A stretch of DNA of 42,385 nucleotides, from contig JABMOA010000006.1 of the NCBI GenBank assembly GCA_013204355.1, positions 1-42,385 of the forward strand. The letters run 5' to 3'. Positions 25,016 to 33,806 of the stretch are shown in pieces. The notes beneath the pieces are model-generated. The model did not search any database and was not told where the DNA came from. It worked only from the letters and a program-made list of their open reading frames with translations. The stretch comes from Candidatus Woesearchaeota archaeon (lineage in GTDB: Archaea > Nanobdellota > Nanobdellia > Woesearchaeales > GW2011-AR9). The translations under genes were made by a program, and so were the position numbers. The stretch's first letter is position 1; every line of letters starts with the position of its first letter.

Positions 25016-25860
25016 GCTGCTTTAAGAAATTCTACAGGTATTCCTTTTGGGAATTTATATTCTCTTAATCCGTTAGATTGAGGAACAGGACCAACAACTG
25101 GTTTTAGCTTTGTTCTAAAATAAACAATATTATCGGTTGAACGCACACCAATTTCTTGAAAATAAGTTGATCTACGGTCAGTAGACATTGAATCAATTCT
25201 ATCAATAACAGCGGGAGTTGCATCAAATACAGGAGTTGGATTTTTATCAGAACTCAATAATCCTGTTGATTTCATATTACGAAACTCTTTTGAACTCATG
25301 ATTCTACCGTATGTTTTTTCTGATGGATAATAACTCTCATTTTCAAATTTATCAACTTTCTGATTTAATTGGTTTAATAAATCAATAAACCTTAAAATTT
25401 GATTTGACATTCTTTCAATACTAGATAAGAGATGAGCAACTTTATTTGCCTCATTTTTTTGAATTGCCTTATCAATTGATTGAAATTGCACAATTAATAA
25501 ATTTGTTAAAGTGAATGTATTATTCATATATTCCAAAATAATTCTCTCAAAATGAAGTTTTAAACCTGTGTAAGCATGAAAACTAGTTTCTAATTCTTTA
25601 ATCTCGCTGATGTTATCATTAAAAAATTTTTTAATATCATTTTCTATTTCACTCACTATTATACATTCATTAATTAATTTATTTATTATTATAGAATTAA
25701 AATTATGTTTATGTTTTATAACATATTTTCTTAAAATAAAACCTTGCCTTACTAAAAAATAAGAGTGAATTAGTCTGTCCTCTTTGAGAATATCCCTTAA
25801 TAAGATTTCAAGGTCATGAAGCTTTACAAACACAAAAGAAGTAAAATTTGTAGTGGACAT
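25012..25860 (-). CDS. Two-domain hypothetical protein: helical N-terminal region plus a C-terminal module resembling polymorphic-toxin C-terminal domains (unverified)
   Basis: The C-terminal ~100 aa read YGRIMSSKEFRNMKSTGLLSS...VFDATP...VYFRTKLKPVVGPVPQSNGLREYKFPKGIPVEF. Confidence 0.5.
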   Translation of the reverse strand: MSTTNFTSFVFVKLHDLEILLRDILKEDRLIHSYFLVRQGFILRKYVIKHKHNFNSIIINKLINECIIVSEIENDIKKFFNDNISEIKELETSFHAYTGLKLHFERIILEYMNNTFTLTNLLIVQFQSIDKAIQKNEANKVAHLLSSIERMSNQILRFIDLLNQLNQKVDKFENESYYPSEKTYGRIMSSKEFRNMKSTGLLSSDKNPTPVFDATPAVIDRIDSMSTDRRSTYFQEIGVRSTDNIVYFRTKLKPVVGPVPQSNGLREYKFPKGIPVEFLKAA

Positions 25861-25898
25861 ATATTAATAATAATAATCTCAAAACTATTTATATGTTT

Positions 25899-26498
25899 CT
25901 AAAACTCAATGATTTTCCCAGTTTTTCCAACATTAATAACTTTTGTTGATCCAATCACTTCTTCTATACCATGAGTTTCATGGATGTGACCACAAATGTG
26001 AATGTCTGGTTTGAATTCGTTGATTGCTTTTCTAACACCAGTTGATCCCCATCCCGGTATTTTCATGGAAATAATAGAATCGTTTGGTTGGACATGAGTT
26101 ACCATGAGTTTCTTTTTACAGTCTTTAATAGATTCGTGTGATTTCTTTAAAGTTTGAAAAAATTGTTCCTCATTTAATTGATGTAAACCTATATCTCCAT
26201 AACCACATCCAAATATGCCCACATCACCAAATCTTAGGCTGTATCCGTGAAGATTCTTAACTTGATATGTTTCTACCATGGCGTTGATTTCTGCTAAGCC
26301 TTCATGGTTTCCTGGGACAACTGCCACTTCTAGACCTTTTTCTTTGAATGGACCAATCATCCCTTGTTGGAATTGATCATGGTCAAAGATGTCACCAGCA
26401 AGAATCACAAGATCTACTTTTTCATCTGCTCCTCTCTTCGCCATTTGCTGCATGAAGTGACGATCGTTGTGTACATCTGAGATTGCGAGTATTTTCAT
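25899..26498 (-). CDS. Calcineurin-like metallophosphoesterase (YfcE/MJ0936-like)
   Basis: ISDVHND, AGDIFD, GNHE and CGHIHETHG motifs. Confidence 0.8.
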   Translation of the reverse strand: MKILAISDVHNDRHFMQQMAKRGADEKVDLVILAGDIFDHDQFQQGMIGPFKEKGLEVAVVPGNHEGLAEINAMVETYQVKNLHGYSLRFGDVGIFGCGYGDIGLHQLNEEQFFQTLKKSHESIKDCKKKLMVTHVQPNDSIISMKIPGWGSTGVRKAINEFKPDIHICGHIHETHGIEEVIGSTKVINVGKTGKIIEF

Positions 26499-26599
26499 GT
26501 GGTATTAAGAATTGTATGAGTTTATAAGGTTTTTGGATTGATTACTATAAAGTAGTTATCCTGGAAAGATTTATAAAGAATCATAATAATAACATAGAC

Positions 26600-27163
26600 A
26601 TGAAAATAAATAACATTATAGGATATATTGCAGCAGGATTAGCAGCACTAACTATTGCAGGTTGTGAAAGAGAATATGTCCCACAAAATCCATTAGTACA
26701 AGAGACAGTTGTTACACACGAGGATCCTAATGGAGGGATTGCGATATACCAATTTCATACTCTAAGAGACCCACAAATTAAAGGAGCTACATTTATTAAA
26801 CAATTCAAAAATGATTATTTAGGTCAAAAAACTTTAGCTGGGCAATATCAAGATTTAAACAAGAACGGAGTAGTAGATAAAGGAGATTTTTGCTTTGTAA
26901 CCCAAGGTGAAAGATATCAAATGCCATTAGAAGAACGTTTTGTATGTTCTACGCATATTCTTAGAACAATCCATACAGCTCATCCTATGAACTATGATGC
27001 ATCTAACCAATCAGAAAGTCTTACTGAAGATGGAAAACTTAAGATGTATACCACAGTAGGAATGTGGCATTTACGAAATGGAGAAAGAACTCCTCACCAA
27101 TCTATTGATCAAGCAAAAGATTGTATCAGGGAATGTCCTTCTAATTTACTAGAAAGACTTTAA
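26600..27163 (+). CDS. Putative lipoprotein, function unknown
   Basis: Signal peptide with lipobox LTIAGC. Confidence 0.6.
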   Translation: MKINNIIGYIAAGLAALTIAGCEREYVPQNPLVQETVVTHEDPNGGIAIYQFHTLRDPQIKGATFIKQFKNDYLGQKTLAGQYQDLNKNGVVDKGDFCFVTQGERYQMPLEERFVCSTHILRTIHTAHPMNYDASNQSESLTEDGKLKMYTTVGMWHLRNGERTPHQSIDQAKDCIRECPSNLLERL

Positions 27164-27214
27164 TAAAATATATTTAAATGGATTATCATAACTATTTTTA
27201 TAAATTTCTCAAAT

Positions 27215-27336
27215 GGGCGCTGTCCAGAAAGTCATAAAAATGTATACTACGTGCCGGCACACTTATTTTTTCTAGAAAAAGAAAAAATGTGCCTATTGCA
27301 GGCAGTATACAAAATAGAGAATTTCTGGACAGCACC
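27215..27336. mobile_element. MITE-like nested-palindrome element, copy B (122 bp)
   Basis: Terminal inverted repeats GGGCGCTGTCCAGAAA / TTTCTGGACAGCACC. The core is the reverse complement of copy A without the 55-bp insertion. Confidence 0.55.
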
Positions 27337-27379
27337 TACAAAAGAAAAAGTATTTATAAGAATAATATTTCCTTAAAAC

Positions 27380-28729
27380 ATGGGTAGTATAAAAATAAAT
27401 CATTCTAAACAAGAAATGCAAGCGTCATTACAAAAAGATATGGTAAAAATTCTTGAAAGCCTATATGGATGTTTGACAATTTTTAAAAAAAAATATAAGA
27501 CAAGAGATGAGACAAAATATATTGAATTAATTGAAATACAACAAAAATATGTAGAAAATTTTATGAATGCATTTTTGAGTGTCATTGCATTAACAAAAGA
27601 ATTAGAAGTCTTACCAAAATTACATTTAGAAAAAGATTCATTAGAATTAGCAGAAGCTAATGCGGGCCATATATACCAACAATTACATGATGAAATGCTT
27701 CCAATTTTAAAATCAGAAATTAAAGATAAAGATCCAATGTTTAGAAATAAATTGAAAAAATGGGAACAAAAGTTTTGGGCAAATTTGGAATTATCAATGA
27801 GGGGATTTCAAAAAGAGCTTGCTGTTGTAGCAGATAAAGCAAAAAGAAATCTTTCTAAAAAGCAGATTCAATCTGCAAGACAAATTCTACCACGATTTTC
27901 ATTTGCAAATATCCTTTCAATTCCTTATGGATTTAGACGAGCATTATCACTTTCAATGACTACAATAATGATTGCAATTAGTGCAGGGTGTAGTGATGAT
28001 CCAACTCCTAATGAACCCCCTCCTCATTCTCAAGGAGAGACAAGTACAGAATTAATAGAAACACCAACGTTAATAAAATTGGATGGATTAACTAAATATT
28101 TGGGAGATCTTAAAATTAAAAATATATCTGGGTTTCTCTTTACGGTGAATTCATCAAACCAAGGTGTTTCTAAACGATTAGGATGGAGACATAATGATAA
28201 AATTATTTTTGGAGAAGAAAATTGGGTCCAAAAATTAGAAGAGAATGTAACAAATGGAGATTATGGGCTTATTATAATCACAGGACATCATACATCAAAT
28301 ATTGATTATATTTATGGAAATTCTGGCGAAAAATTTCGTTTGGAAGATCTCCCCTATTCTGATAAAATAGAAGTTGTAATGTTTAGCGCGTGTAGAACTG
28401 CAGGAACTGCAGATTATGTTTCACGAAATGTTTATGCTCCCCTCATAAGAAGATTTCCTAATTTAAAAGTAATTATGGGATTTGAAGTTGCTTCATTAAA
28501 AGAAGAAGGTATTACTACTGCTATACTAACTGGATTTCAGGAGAAAAAATTTAGACCGTTATTAAAAGAAGAAAATGGTCCTGAGAAATTTGCAACTAAT
28601 GTTATTGAAATTAATAGAAATAGAGGATATGGTGTTGCATTCATTGGAAAAGATCAAAATTGGAATTACATTAGTTCATTTGATCAAAAAATAAAACCGC
28701 TTTCTCTAATTAACAATAGTTTACAATAA
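27380..28729 (+). CDS. Type-II membrane protein: helical cytoplasmic N-domain, one TM with a lipobox-like ISAGC, and an extracytoplasmic domain with a caspase-like His/Cys signature
   Basis: GLIIITGHH (His303/304) and IEVVMFSACRTAG (Cys338). Each catalytic candidate is preceded by a hydrophobic strand, as in clan CD peptidases and CHAT domains. Confidence 0.6.
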   Translation: MGSIKINHSKQEMQASLQKDMVKILESLYGCLTIFKKKYKTRDETKYIELIEIQQKYVENFMNAFLSVIALTKELEVLPKLHLEKDSLELAEANAGHIYQQLHDEMLPILKSEIKDKDPMFRNKLKKWEQKFWANLELSMRGFQKELAVVADKAKRNLSKKQIQSARQILPRFSFANILSIPYGFRRALSLSMTTIMIAISAGCSDDPTPNEPPPHSQGETSTELIETPTLIKLDGLTKYLGDLKIKNISGFLFTVNSSNQGVSKRLGWRHNDKIIFGEENWVQKLEENVTNGDYGLIIITGHHTSNIDYIYGNSGEKFRLEDLPYSDKIEVVMFSACRTAGTADYVSRNVYAPLIRRFPNLKVIMGFEVASLKEEGITTAILTGFQEKKFRPLLKEENGPEKFATNVIEINRNRGYGVAFIGKDQNWNYISSFDQKIKPLSLINNSLQ

Positions 28730-28800
28730 TTATGAAAATCATTAAAGCTGAATTTAGCCAAGCCCAAAAATAATAGTTGTCAATCACTCAAATTAAAATA

Positions 28801-28940
28801 AAAATCCCAACGGAGCAAGCTCCGGGGTATTAAATTAATTGGGATTTTTAATCTTGCTTTAATTCAATAACCGATGCGAGCATCGGGGTACGAGAAAACA
28901 ATGTTTTCTGGAGTTTTTTATAAAAACTATTGAACCCAGC
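28801..28940. other. Cluster of four or five hairpins in a convergent intergenic region; two are GC-rich and each is followed by GGGGTA
   Basis: AAAATCCCAA...TTGGGATTTT encloses CGGAG-CAAG-CTCCG+GGGGTA. Then come CCGATG-CGAG-CATCGG+GGGTA, AGAAAAC-AAT-GTTTTCT and AGTTTTT-TAT-AAAAACT. Confidence 0.35.
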
Positions 28941-28954
28941 AAGAAATAAAAAAA

Positions 28955-29668
28955 TTAGCGTTGAATATAAACAGGAATTGGTTTTCCATTATATGAAGGA
29001 ATACCGTTATCCCTCAGATTTAATAATGGTTCAAAAACACCTTTTTTCATTTCTTGGTCTCCTGCAATACATCCATTTGTCCAATCAAGAGAATTTCCTC
29101 CACCATGAATTCCAACTCCAAACCAAATATCTGGAGAATGATCTTTATTGAATGATCTTACTTCTTTATCGGTATCAATTGTACCATGTTCTTTTTCCCA
29201 TTCATTAATTAAATTTGTATTATTCTCATGTTTATAATCTTCTACTGCACGTGGAACTGTTGCAAGTCGCATCCAATATCCTCCCCACGTATCAATACGT
29301 GCGATTTGCTCAATATAGAATTTACCCTCAGGAGTTCTACCATCACCTGATGTAATTTTATCACCAAGGTCCCCTTGTCCAAGTGCAATTTTATAGGTCT
29401 TTATTTTTTCTTGATTATGAAATGTTAATGTACGGTCACATTTATCTATTAAAATGTAAATATTTTCTGTTGGAGAATACGTTTTTGTTTTTTCTGCACA
29501 AGCACCTGTTGTTTTATCCAATACAAAATCTGTTATTTCAGTACTTACACGTTCAGCCGTAGATGAAATCCGAGAAGAAGTAGAAGGTTTAATCAAATAT
29601 GGACCTGTAGCTACACCTAAAGAAAAAGCTACAAGTGCAGTTAATCCTTGCTTCACTATGCTACCCAT
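28955..29668 (-). CDS. Secreted or membrane-anchored L,D-transpeptidase (YkuD-domain) protein
   Basis: N-terminal hydrophobic anchor and catalytic signature GIHGGGNSLDWTNGCIAG (His...Ser/Thr-x-Gly-Cys). Confidence 0.75.
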   Translation of the reverse strand: MGSIVKQGLTALVAFSLGVATGPYLIKPSTSSRISSTAERVSTEITDFVLDKTTGACAEKTKTYSPTENIYILIDKCDRTLTFHNQEKIKTYKIALGQGDLGDKITSGDGRTPEGKFYIEQIARIDTWGGYWMRLATVPRAVEDYKHENNTNLINEWEKEHGTIDTDKEVRSFNKDHSPDIWFGVGIHGGGNSLDWTNGCIAGDQEMKKGVFEPLLNLRDNGIPSYNGKPIPVYIQR

Positions 29669-29770
29669 TTATGCTAATTAATTTAACTGATTTATAAACT
29701 TGCTGGTTTTGATTACCTGGGAGTAGTTAATGTGAAAACATTTATAAAGTATAAACAAAATATAAATAAA

Positions 29771-30871
29771 ATGTTAGAAAAATTAATGAGTGAAGAACGT
29801 CATTCAAAATTAGCTAGATTTCATCCTTCTTCTAAAAATATTTTTGTAGATAATGAAACTTTTGATTATGTAACTAATCAGGTTCTAAATACAAGAAATA
29901 AGAGGGGATGGAAAAAAATAGGAATTGGAAGTTTAAATGGGATTGCACATATAGGATATGGTGTATTAGAAGGTGTTTCACGTTTAACTGAAAGTGGATT
30001 GCGTTTAGCTGGAGGTTTAGTAGAACGAATCGGAAGTACTGCAGATGATAAACTTCAAGCAATCACTACAGACCAATATGATGATGAAATTAATTGGCCT
30101 AAATCTATTTCAAGAAATGCTAGAAAAATTTATGGAAATATAAAAAATGGATTTCAAAAATCAACATCACAGCAAGCAAGGAATAAAATGATGGTAGGTT
30201 TGTCGTTAATTGTTGGATTAAATTTAGGATATAAAATATTGCCCAATGTTGAATTTTTTCAAGATGATGGAATAACAGTAGTAGAACCGACTGAACCATT
30301 ACCACCTACCCCTAGACTACCACAAACTCAACCCTCACAAATAGATGTCAATAATTTATCAAATTTTAGTGACCAAAATGTATTAATTTATTGTGCAAAT
30401 GATGATGAAAGAATATCCGTAAGAGATACATTAAGATCGCGAAACGCACGGTTAACTCATGTAAGAGAAGGCATTTATAAAACAAGATTGAATGGATCAA
30501 ATGTTGATATCGTTGTACAAGGAAGTACAATTCCACAAAGTAATTATGGTGTAATTCAATTACGTGGTCATACCAGTGATATGATTCCTTTATCAGAAAG
30601 AGTTGAAAATAGTGGAAGAAGAAATCATTTATTAGTACTTGGTGGATGTAATAGTGCTGGTTACATTGGTGATTTAGCAAGATCAAATAGACCCGTTATT
30701 GGAAGTAATGGAACCCAAGACAGTTCACAGAACACATACCTATTAGCACAACTTTTACAAGAAGTTGGAACTGCACGCTCTTGGTCAGAATTAAGTGGAA
30801 ATATAAAAAGTCAATCAGAAAGAGCACGATATGAAACTACATTTCCAGGTGATACAAATTATAGACATTAA
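29771..30871 (+). CDS. Type-II membrane protein with a Pro-rich linker and an extracytoplasmic domain carrying a caspase-like His/Cys signature
   Basis: GVIQLRGHTS and HLLVLGGCNSAG, TM helix MMVGLSLIVGLNLGYKIL. The ATG at 29771 has TATA catttataaag about 25 nt upstream, so I prefer it to the GTG at 29732. Confidence 0.55.
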   Translation: MLEKLMSEERHSKLARFHPSSKNIFVDNETFDYVTNQVLNTRNKRGWKKIGIGSLNGIAHIGYGVLEGVSRLTESGLRLAGGLVERIGSTADDKLQAITTDQYDDEINWPKSISRNARKIYGNIKNGFQKSTSQQARNKMMVGLSLIVGLNLGYKILPNVEFFQDDGITVVEPTEPLPPTPRLPQTQPSQIDVNNLSNFSDQNVLIYCANDDERISVRDTLRSRNARLTHVREGIYKTRLNGSNVDIVVQGSTIPQSNYGVIQLRGHTSDMIPLSERVENSGRRNHLLVLGGCNSAGYIGDLARSNRPVIGSNGTQDSSQNTYLLAQLLQEVGTARSWSELSGNIKSQSERARYETTFPGDTNYRH

Positions 30872-31428
30872 CGTCCTTTCAACTTCAAATCAAGCACTAG
30901 ATCTTCTAATTTACGTAAATCGTATTTAACTGCGTCAACTTTACGACGCACTTCGTTATTTCTAAAATCAAATTTGAGTAATTCACCATAAATCATATCA
31001 ACTTCATCTTTAATTTTTAATACGGCGTCTACTTTGCCTTTTCCTGCTAAAAAGACAGCTTTCCGAACAAGTTCACCAGGAAGATCTGCAAGACCAAGAA
31101 TATAATGTTCAGGGTGTATTTTTAAATCAATGAGTTTGCCTTCTTTGACAAATGTGTAATAAAGCACAGCTTCTGCATATTCTTGAATTGCAACTTTATA
31201 ACTTCCTTCAAATGCGAGTTTATTGTTCTTCTTAGCGATTGTATCAAGTGTCTTACGTTCGTCTTCTATTTGCTTTAATAATTTAGTAGCGTTGCTTATT
31301 TCGTCTCTATGAACTGCATAAATGAGTAGTTTACTTAATTTAAGGACAACCCTACTTTGATTGATCAGAAGTTCTCTATCTGAGTCGTATTTTTTGAATT
31401 CTTGTTGTAATTTAGTGAAGTTTACCAT
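30868..31428 (-). CDS. Translin-family (COG2178-like) protein
   Basis: 186-aa all-helical protein with LSKLLIYAVHRDE...QEYAEA...GLADLPGELVRKAV, the pattern of archaeal translin-like proteins. Confidence 0.55.
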   Translation of the reverse strand: MVNFTKLQQEFKKYDSDRELLINQSRVVLKLSKLLIYAVHRDEISNATKLLKQIEDERKTLDTIAKKNNKLAFEGSYKVAIQEYAEAVLYYTFVKEGKLIDLKIHPEHYILGLADLPGELVRKAVFLAGKGKVDAVLKIKDEVDMIYGELLKFDFRNNEVRRKVDAVKYDLRKLEDLVLDLKLKGR

Positions 31429-31532
31429 GGAGTGAGAAATAGATGTTTCTTTATATAAATATCGGATTGGAAAAAGGAAAAAGTTCTAAATTTAAAGAAA
31501 GATTTAAAGAGAATTAATATCCCAAAATAATT

Positions 31533-32495
31533 ATGAGACGAAAGGATAGGCCTGTTATTAATCACAGCGTGGATGCCGTACGTGAAATTCTTGAAGTCGA
31601 TGATAGAGGTCAAGAAATATCTCAAGGAAAAGTGTGGGTAACTGGGGATGAATTTCCTAGATTACAAGGCCAAATCACTTCTGATGATACATTTGATGGG
31701 AAATCGCTTACAGATACTGCATTTGTACCTGGAAAAGAAGGCTATCATGATACAGATGTTGTTAACTCAGAAACTATGATTCTTGAAGAATTAGAACATA
31801 CCAAGATAAAGGATAGACTTGGTAAACATATTCAAAAGAAAAAAGATGAAGGTCCTTATAGAGATTATAATGATTTTTTTGAGAGGGAGTCAAAAAACCT
31901 AGATGAATTTAATTTGACATTATATCAACTTAATGTAAAACTTAAACAAAGAGACGAACTTTGTTCTAAAGATAGTCTTGAAGGAATGATTGAAAGGTCA
32001 AAAAATGTTCTTAATCAACAAAGTATTATGTTTGAAAAAACAACAAATCTTTGTGTATATTTTTATTTTAAGAAAGAAAAGGAAGGCTATTCTATAAATG
32101 TTTCAAGGGATTACCATAAAGATAGTGAGGGAATTTTTCTTATTAACATTGAAAATTGTGAAGATAAGCTCCGACGACGTACAATAGGATATGTTGTTAT
32201 TTATGAAAGAAAAATGCCCCTTCAAAATATCTCAAGATTATTTACTGCATATAATCAAGAAAAAGGCATTCATATCAAAAAGTTAATTCTTAATGAAGAT
32301 GGTTCAACAACTGAATATTTTGGTGGATTCACTCCAAGGATTCTAGAATCAGGAACAAGTACCAATATTGATTCTATAAATTTACCATTTTTGGAGATTG
32401 AAAGATTAGTAAATGATTACAAATCTAAAAACCCCCTGGATTCAAAATTTGAAGAAATTTATAAAACACTTAGAAAAGACATAGTTTTTCCGTAA
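31533..32495 (+). CDS. Hypothetical 320-aa protein
   Basis: Long ORF with no recognisable motif. Confidence 0.55.
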   Translation: MRRKDRPVINHSVDAVREILEVDDRGQEISQGKVWVTGDEFPRLQGQITSDDTFDGKSLTDTAFVPGKEGYHDTDVVNSETMILEELEHTKIKDRLGKHIQKKKDEGPYRDYNDFFERESKNLDEFNLTLYQLNVKLKQRDELCSKDSLEGMIERSKNVLNQQSIMFEKTTNLCVYFYFKKEKEGYSINVSRDYHKDSEGIFLINIENCEDKLRRRTIGYVVIYERKMPLQNISRLFTAYNQEKGIHIKKLILNEDGSTTEYFGGFTPRILESGTSTNIDSINLPFLEIERLVNDYKSKNPLDSKFEEIYKTLRKDIVFP

Positions 32496-32594
32496 CCTTT
32501 TTAAATGAGCCCACTTCTAACATCCTATTATATATCAAAAAAGAACCTTCTTTTTTGGGAATATTGAAATTATACAAAATTTCAACATGAGGTA

Positions 32595-32828
32595 ATGTTA
32601 AAAATGGAACAATCACGACCGTTAGATATGCTTAATCAAGCAAGAAATAATACTGTAATGGTAGATTTAAAGAACAACTTACGATATGTAGGTAAATTAA
32701 AAGCATTTGATATTCACATTAATGTGGTTCTTGAAGATGCAGAAGAACACAAAGATGGCGAACTTAAAAGAAAGTTAGGAAATGTCTTCATTAGAGGAGA
32801 TACAATCATAACAATTTCTCCAGCTTAA
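32595..32828 (+). CDS. Archaeal Sm-like (LSm/SmAP) protein
   Basis: Sm1/Sm2 motifs: VMVDLKNNLRYVGKLKAFDIHINVVLEDAEE...VFIRGDTIITIS. Confidence 0.85.
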   Translation: MLKMEQSRPLDMLNQARNNTVMVDLKNNLRYVGKLKAFDIHINVVLEDAEEHKDGELKRKLGNVFIRGDTIITISPA

Positions 32829-32839
32829 GGTAAAATAAT

Positions 32840-33013
32840 ATGGTAAAAGGAACAGCAAGTATGGGTAAAAAAAGTGGGAAGAAAACCCACATCCCGTGTA
32901 AACGATGTGGCGGTTTCTCTTATCACGTTAGAAAGAAGAAATGTGCTTCTTGTGGATTCGGAGATACTTCTACAAAACGTAAGTATGCTTGGAATAAGAA
33001 AAATTCAGCTTAA
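32840..33013 (+). CDS. rpl37e: 50S ribosomal protein L37e
   Basis: MVKGTASMGKKSGKKTHIPCKRCGGFSYHVRKKKCASCGFG...; 57 aa with a C4 zinc ribbon, 11 nt after the Sm gene (a conserved archaeal pair). It is below the ORF-track cutoff. Confidence 0.9.
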   Translation: MVKGTASMGKKSGKKTHIPCKRCGGFSYHVRKKKCASCGFGDTSTKRKYAWNKKNSA

Positions 33014-33173
33014 ATTGTTTATATTTCTTTATTTTTATTAATATTATTTTTTTAATATTTTCTTAATTAAAAAGAATTGAATTTTCTAAATTTTATTGAA
33101 AATAGTTTCCTATGTTATTTGTGATTCAATAAAAGGAGGAAGGTTTATAAAAAACTTTTTTGATTTATCTTTT

Positions 33174-33713
33174 ATGACAACACTTGACACATTTATTCAG
33201 GAAGAAGATTATAAGATGTTTAATTCCCGTAGAATCCTCTGGAAGCTACGAGGTTGGGATATTAAACTTACAACCACAGTAGAACAAGGAACTTATAGGG
33301 ATTATTCTGATGCTATAACTTATGAAATAGGGGTTGCCTTGCGGGAATTTGTTAGAAATGGGTTTAAAGCAATTTACGGGGTTGGAGCTCCAATGTATGA
33401 AATAGATGATTTGGAAGCACAAGAAAGGGCGAAAAGTATACCTGCAAGACTTTCAATAGAACTTTCTCAAACTGAAAACAATTATGTTATCGCAGTTTCT
33501 GACAATGGACGAGGTATTATGCTCCAGGATCGTAATAGATTATTTGAAGAAGGATTCTCCACTTGTGGTACAACAGGAATAGGTTTACCAGCAGCACGTG
33601 AAAATGTTTGTCAGTTTGGAGGAAGAATTTACTTTAACACTCACTGTTGGGGAGACCATCTGGAAGATGAGAATATTACAGGAACCACTTTTTACTTGGC
33701 GTTACCAAAATAG
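33174..33713 (+). CDS. Stand-alone GHKL (histidine-kinase-like) ATPase domain protein
   Basis: EFVRNGFKA (N box), VSDNGRGI (G1), GTTGIGLPAA (G2), and no DHp/His-phosphotransfer region. The ATG at 33174 has TATA ggtttataaaaa about 25 nt upstream, whereas 33096 is a TTG. Confidence 0.6.
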   Translation: MTTLDTFIQEEDYKMFNSRRILWKLRGWDIKLTTTVEQGTYRDYSDAITYEIGVALREFVRNGFKAIYGVGAPMYEIDDLEAQERAKSIPARLSIELSQTENNYVIAVSDNGRGIMLQDRNRLFEEGFSTCGTTGIGLPAARENVCQFGGRIYFNTHCWGDHLEDENITGTTFYLALPK

Positions 33714-33806
33714 TCAAATGTTAGAACAGCTAAAAAATATAAACAATAGTCTCCTGGTAGATTATTCTAAAAAACAGCCATTAATTCATCAAAAATAATA
33801 AAAAAA

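Noticed and set aside
16693-27336. The two inverted MITE-like copies could be the ends of a ~10.6-kb composite transposon or genomic island.
   Set aside because: The interior is mostly core housekeeping (trhO, truD, Fur/ZIP, a tRNA, S4 protein, SRP54) with no transposase or integrase. The copies are better read as independent insertions, although they could still mediate an inversion.
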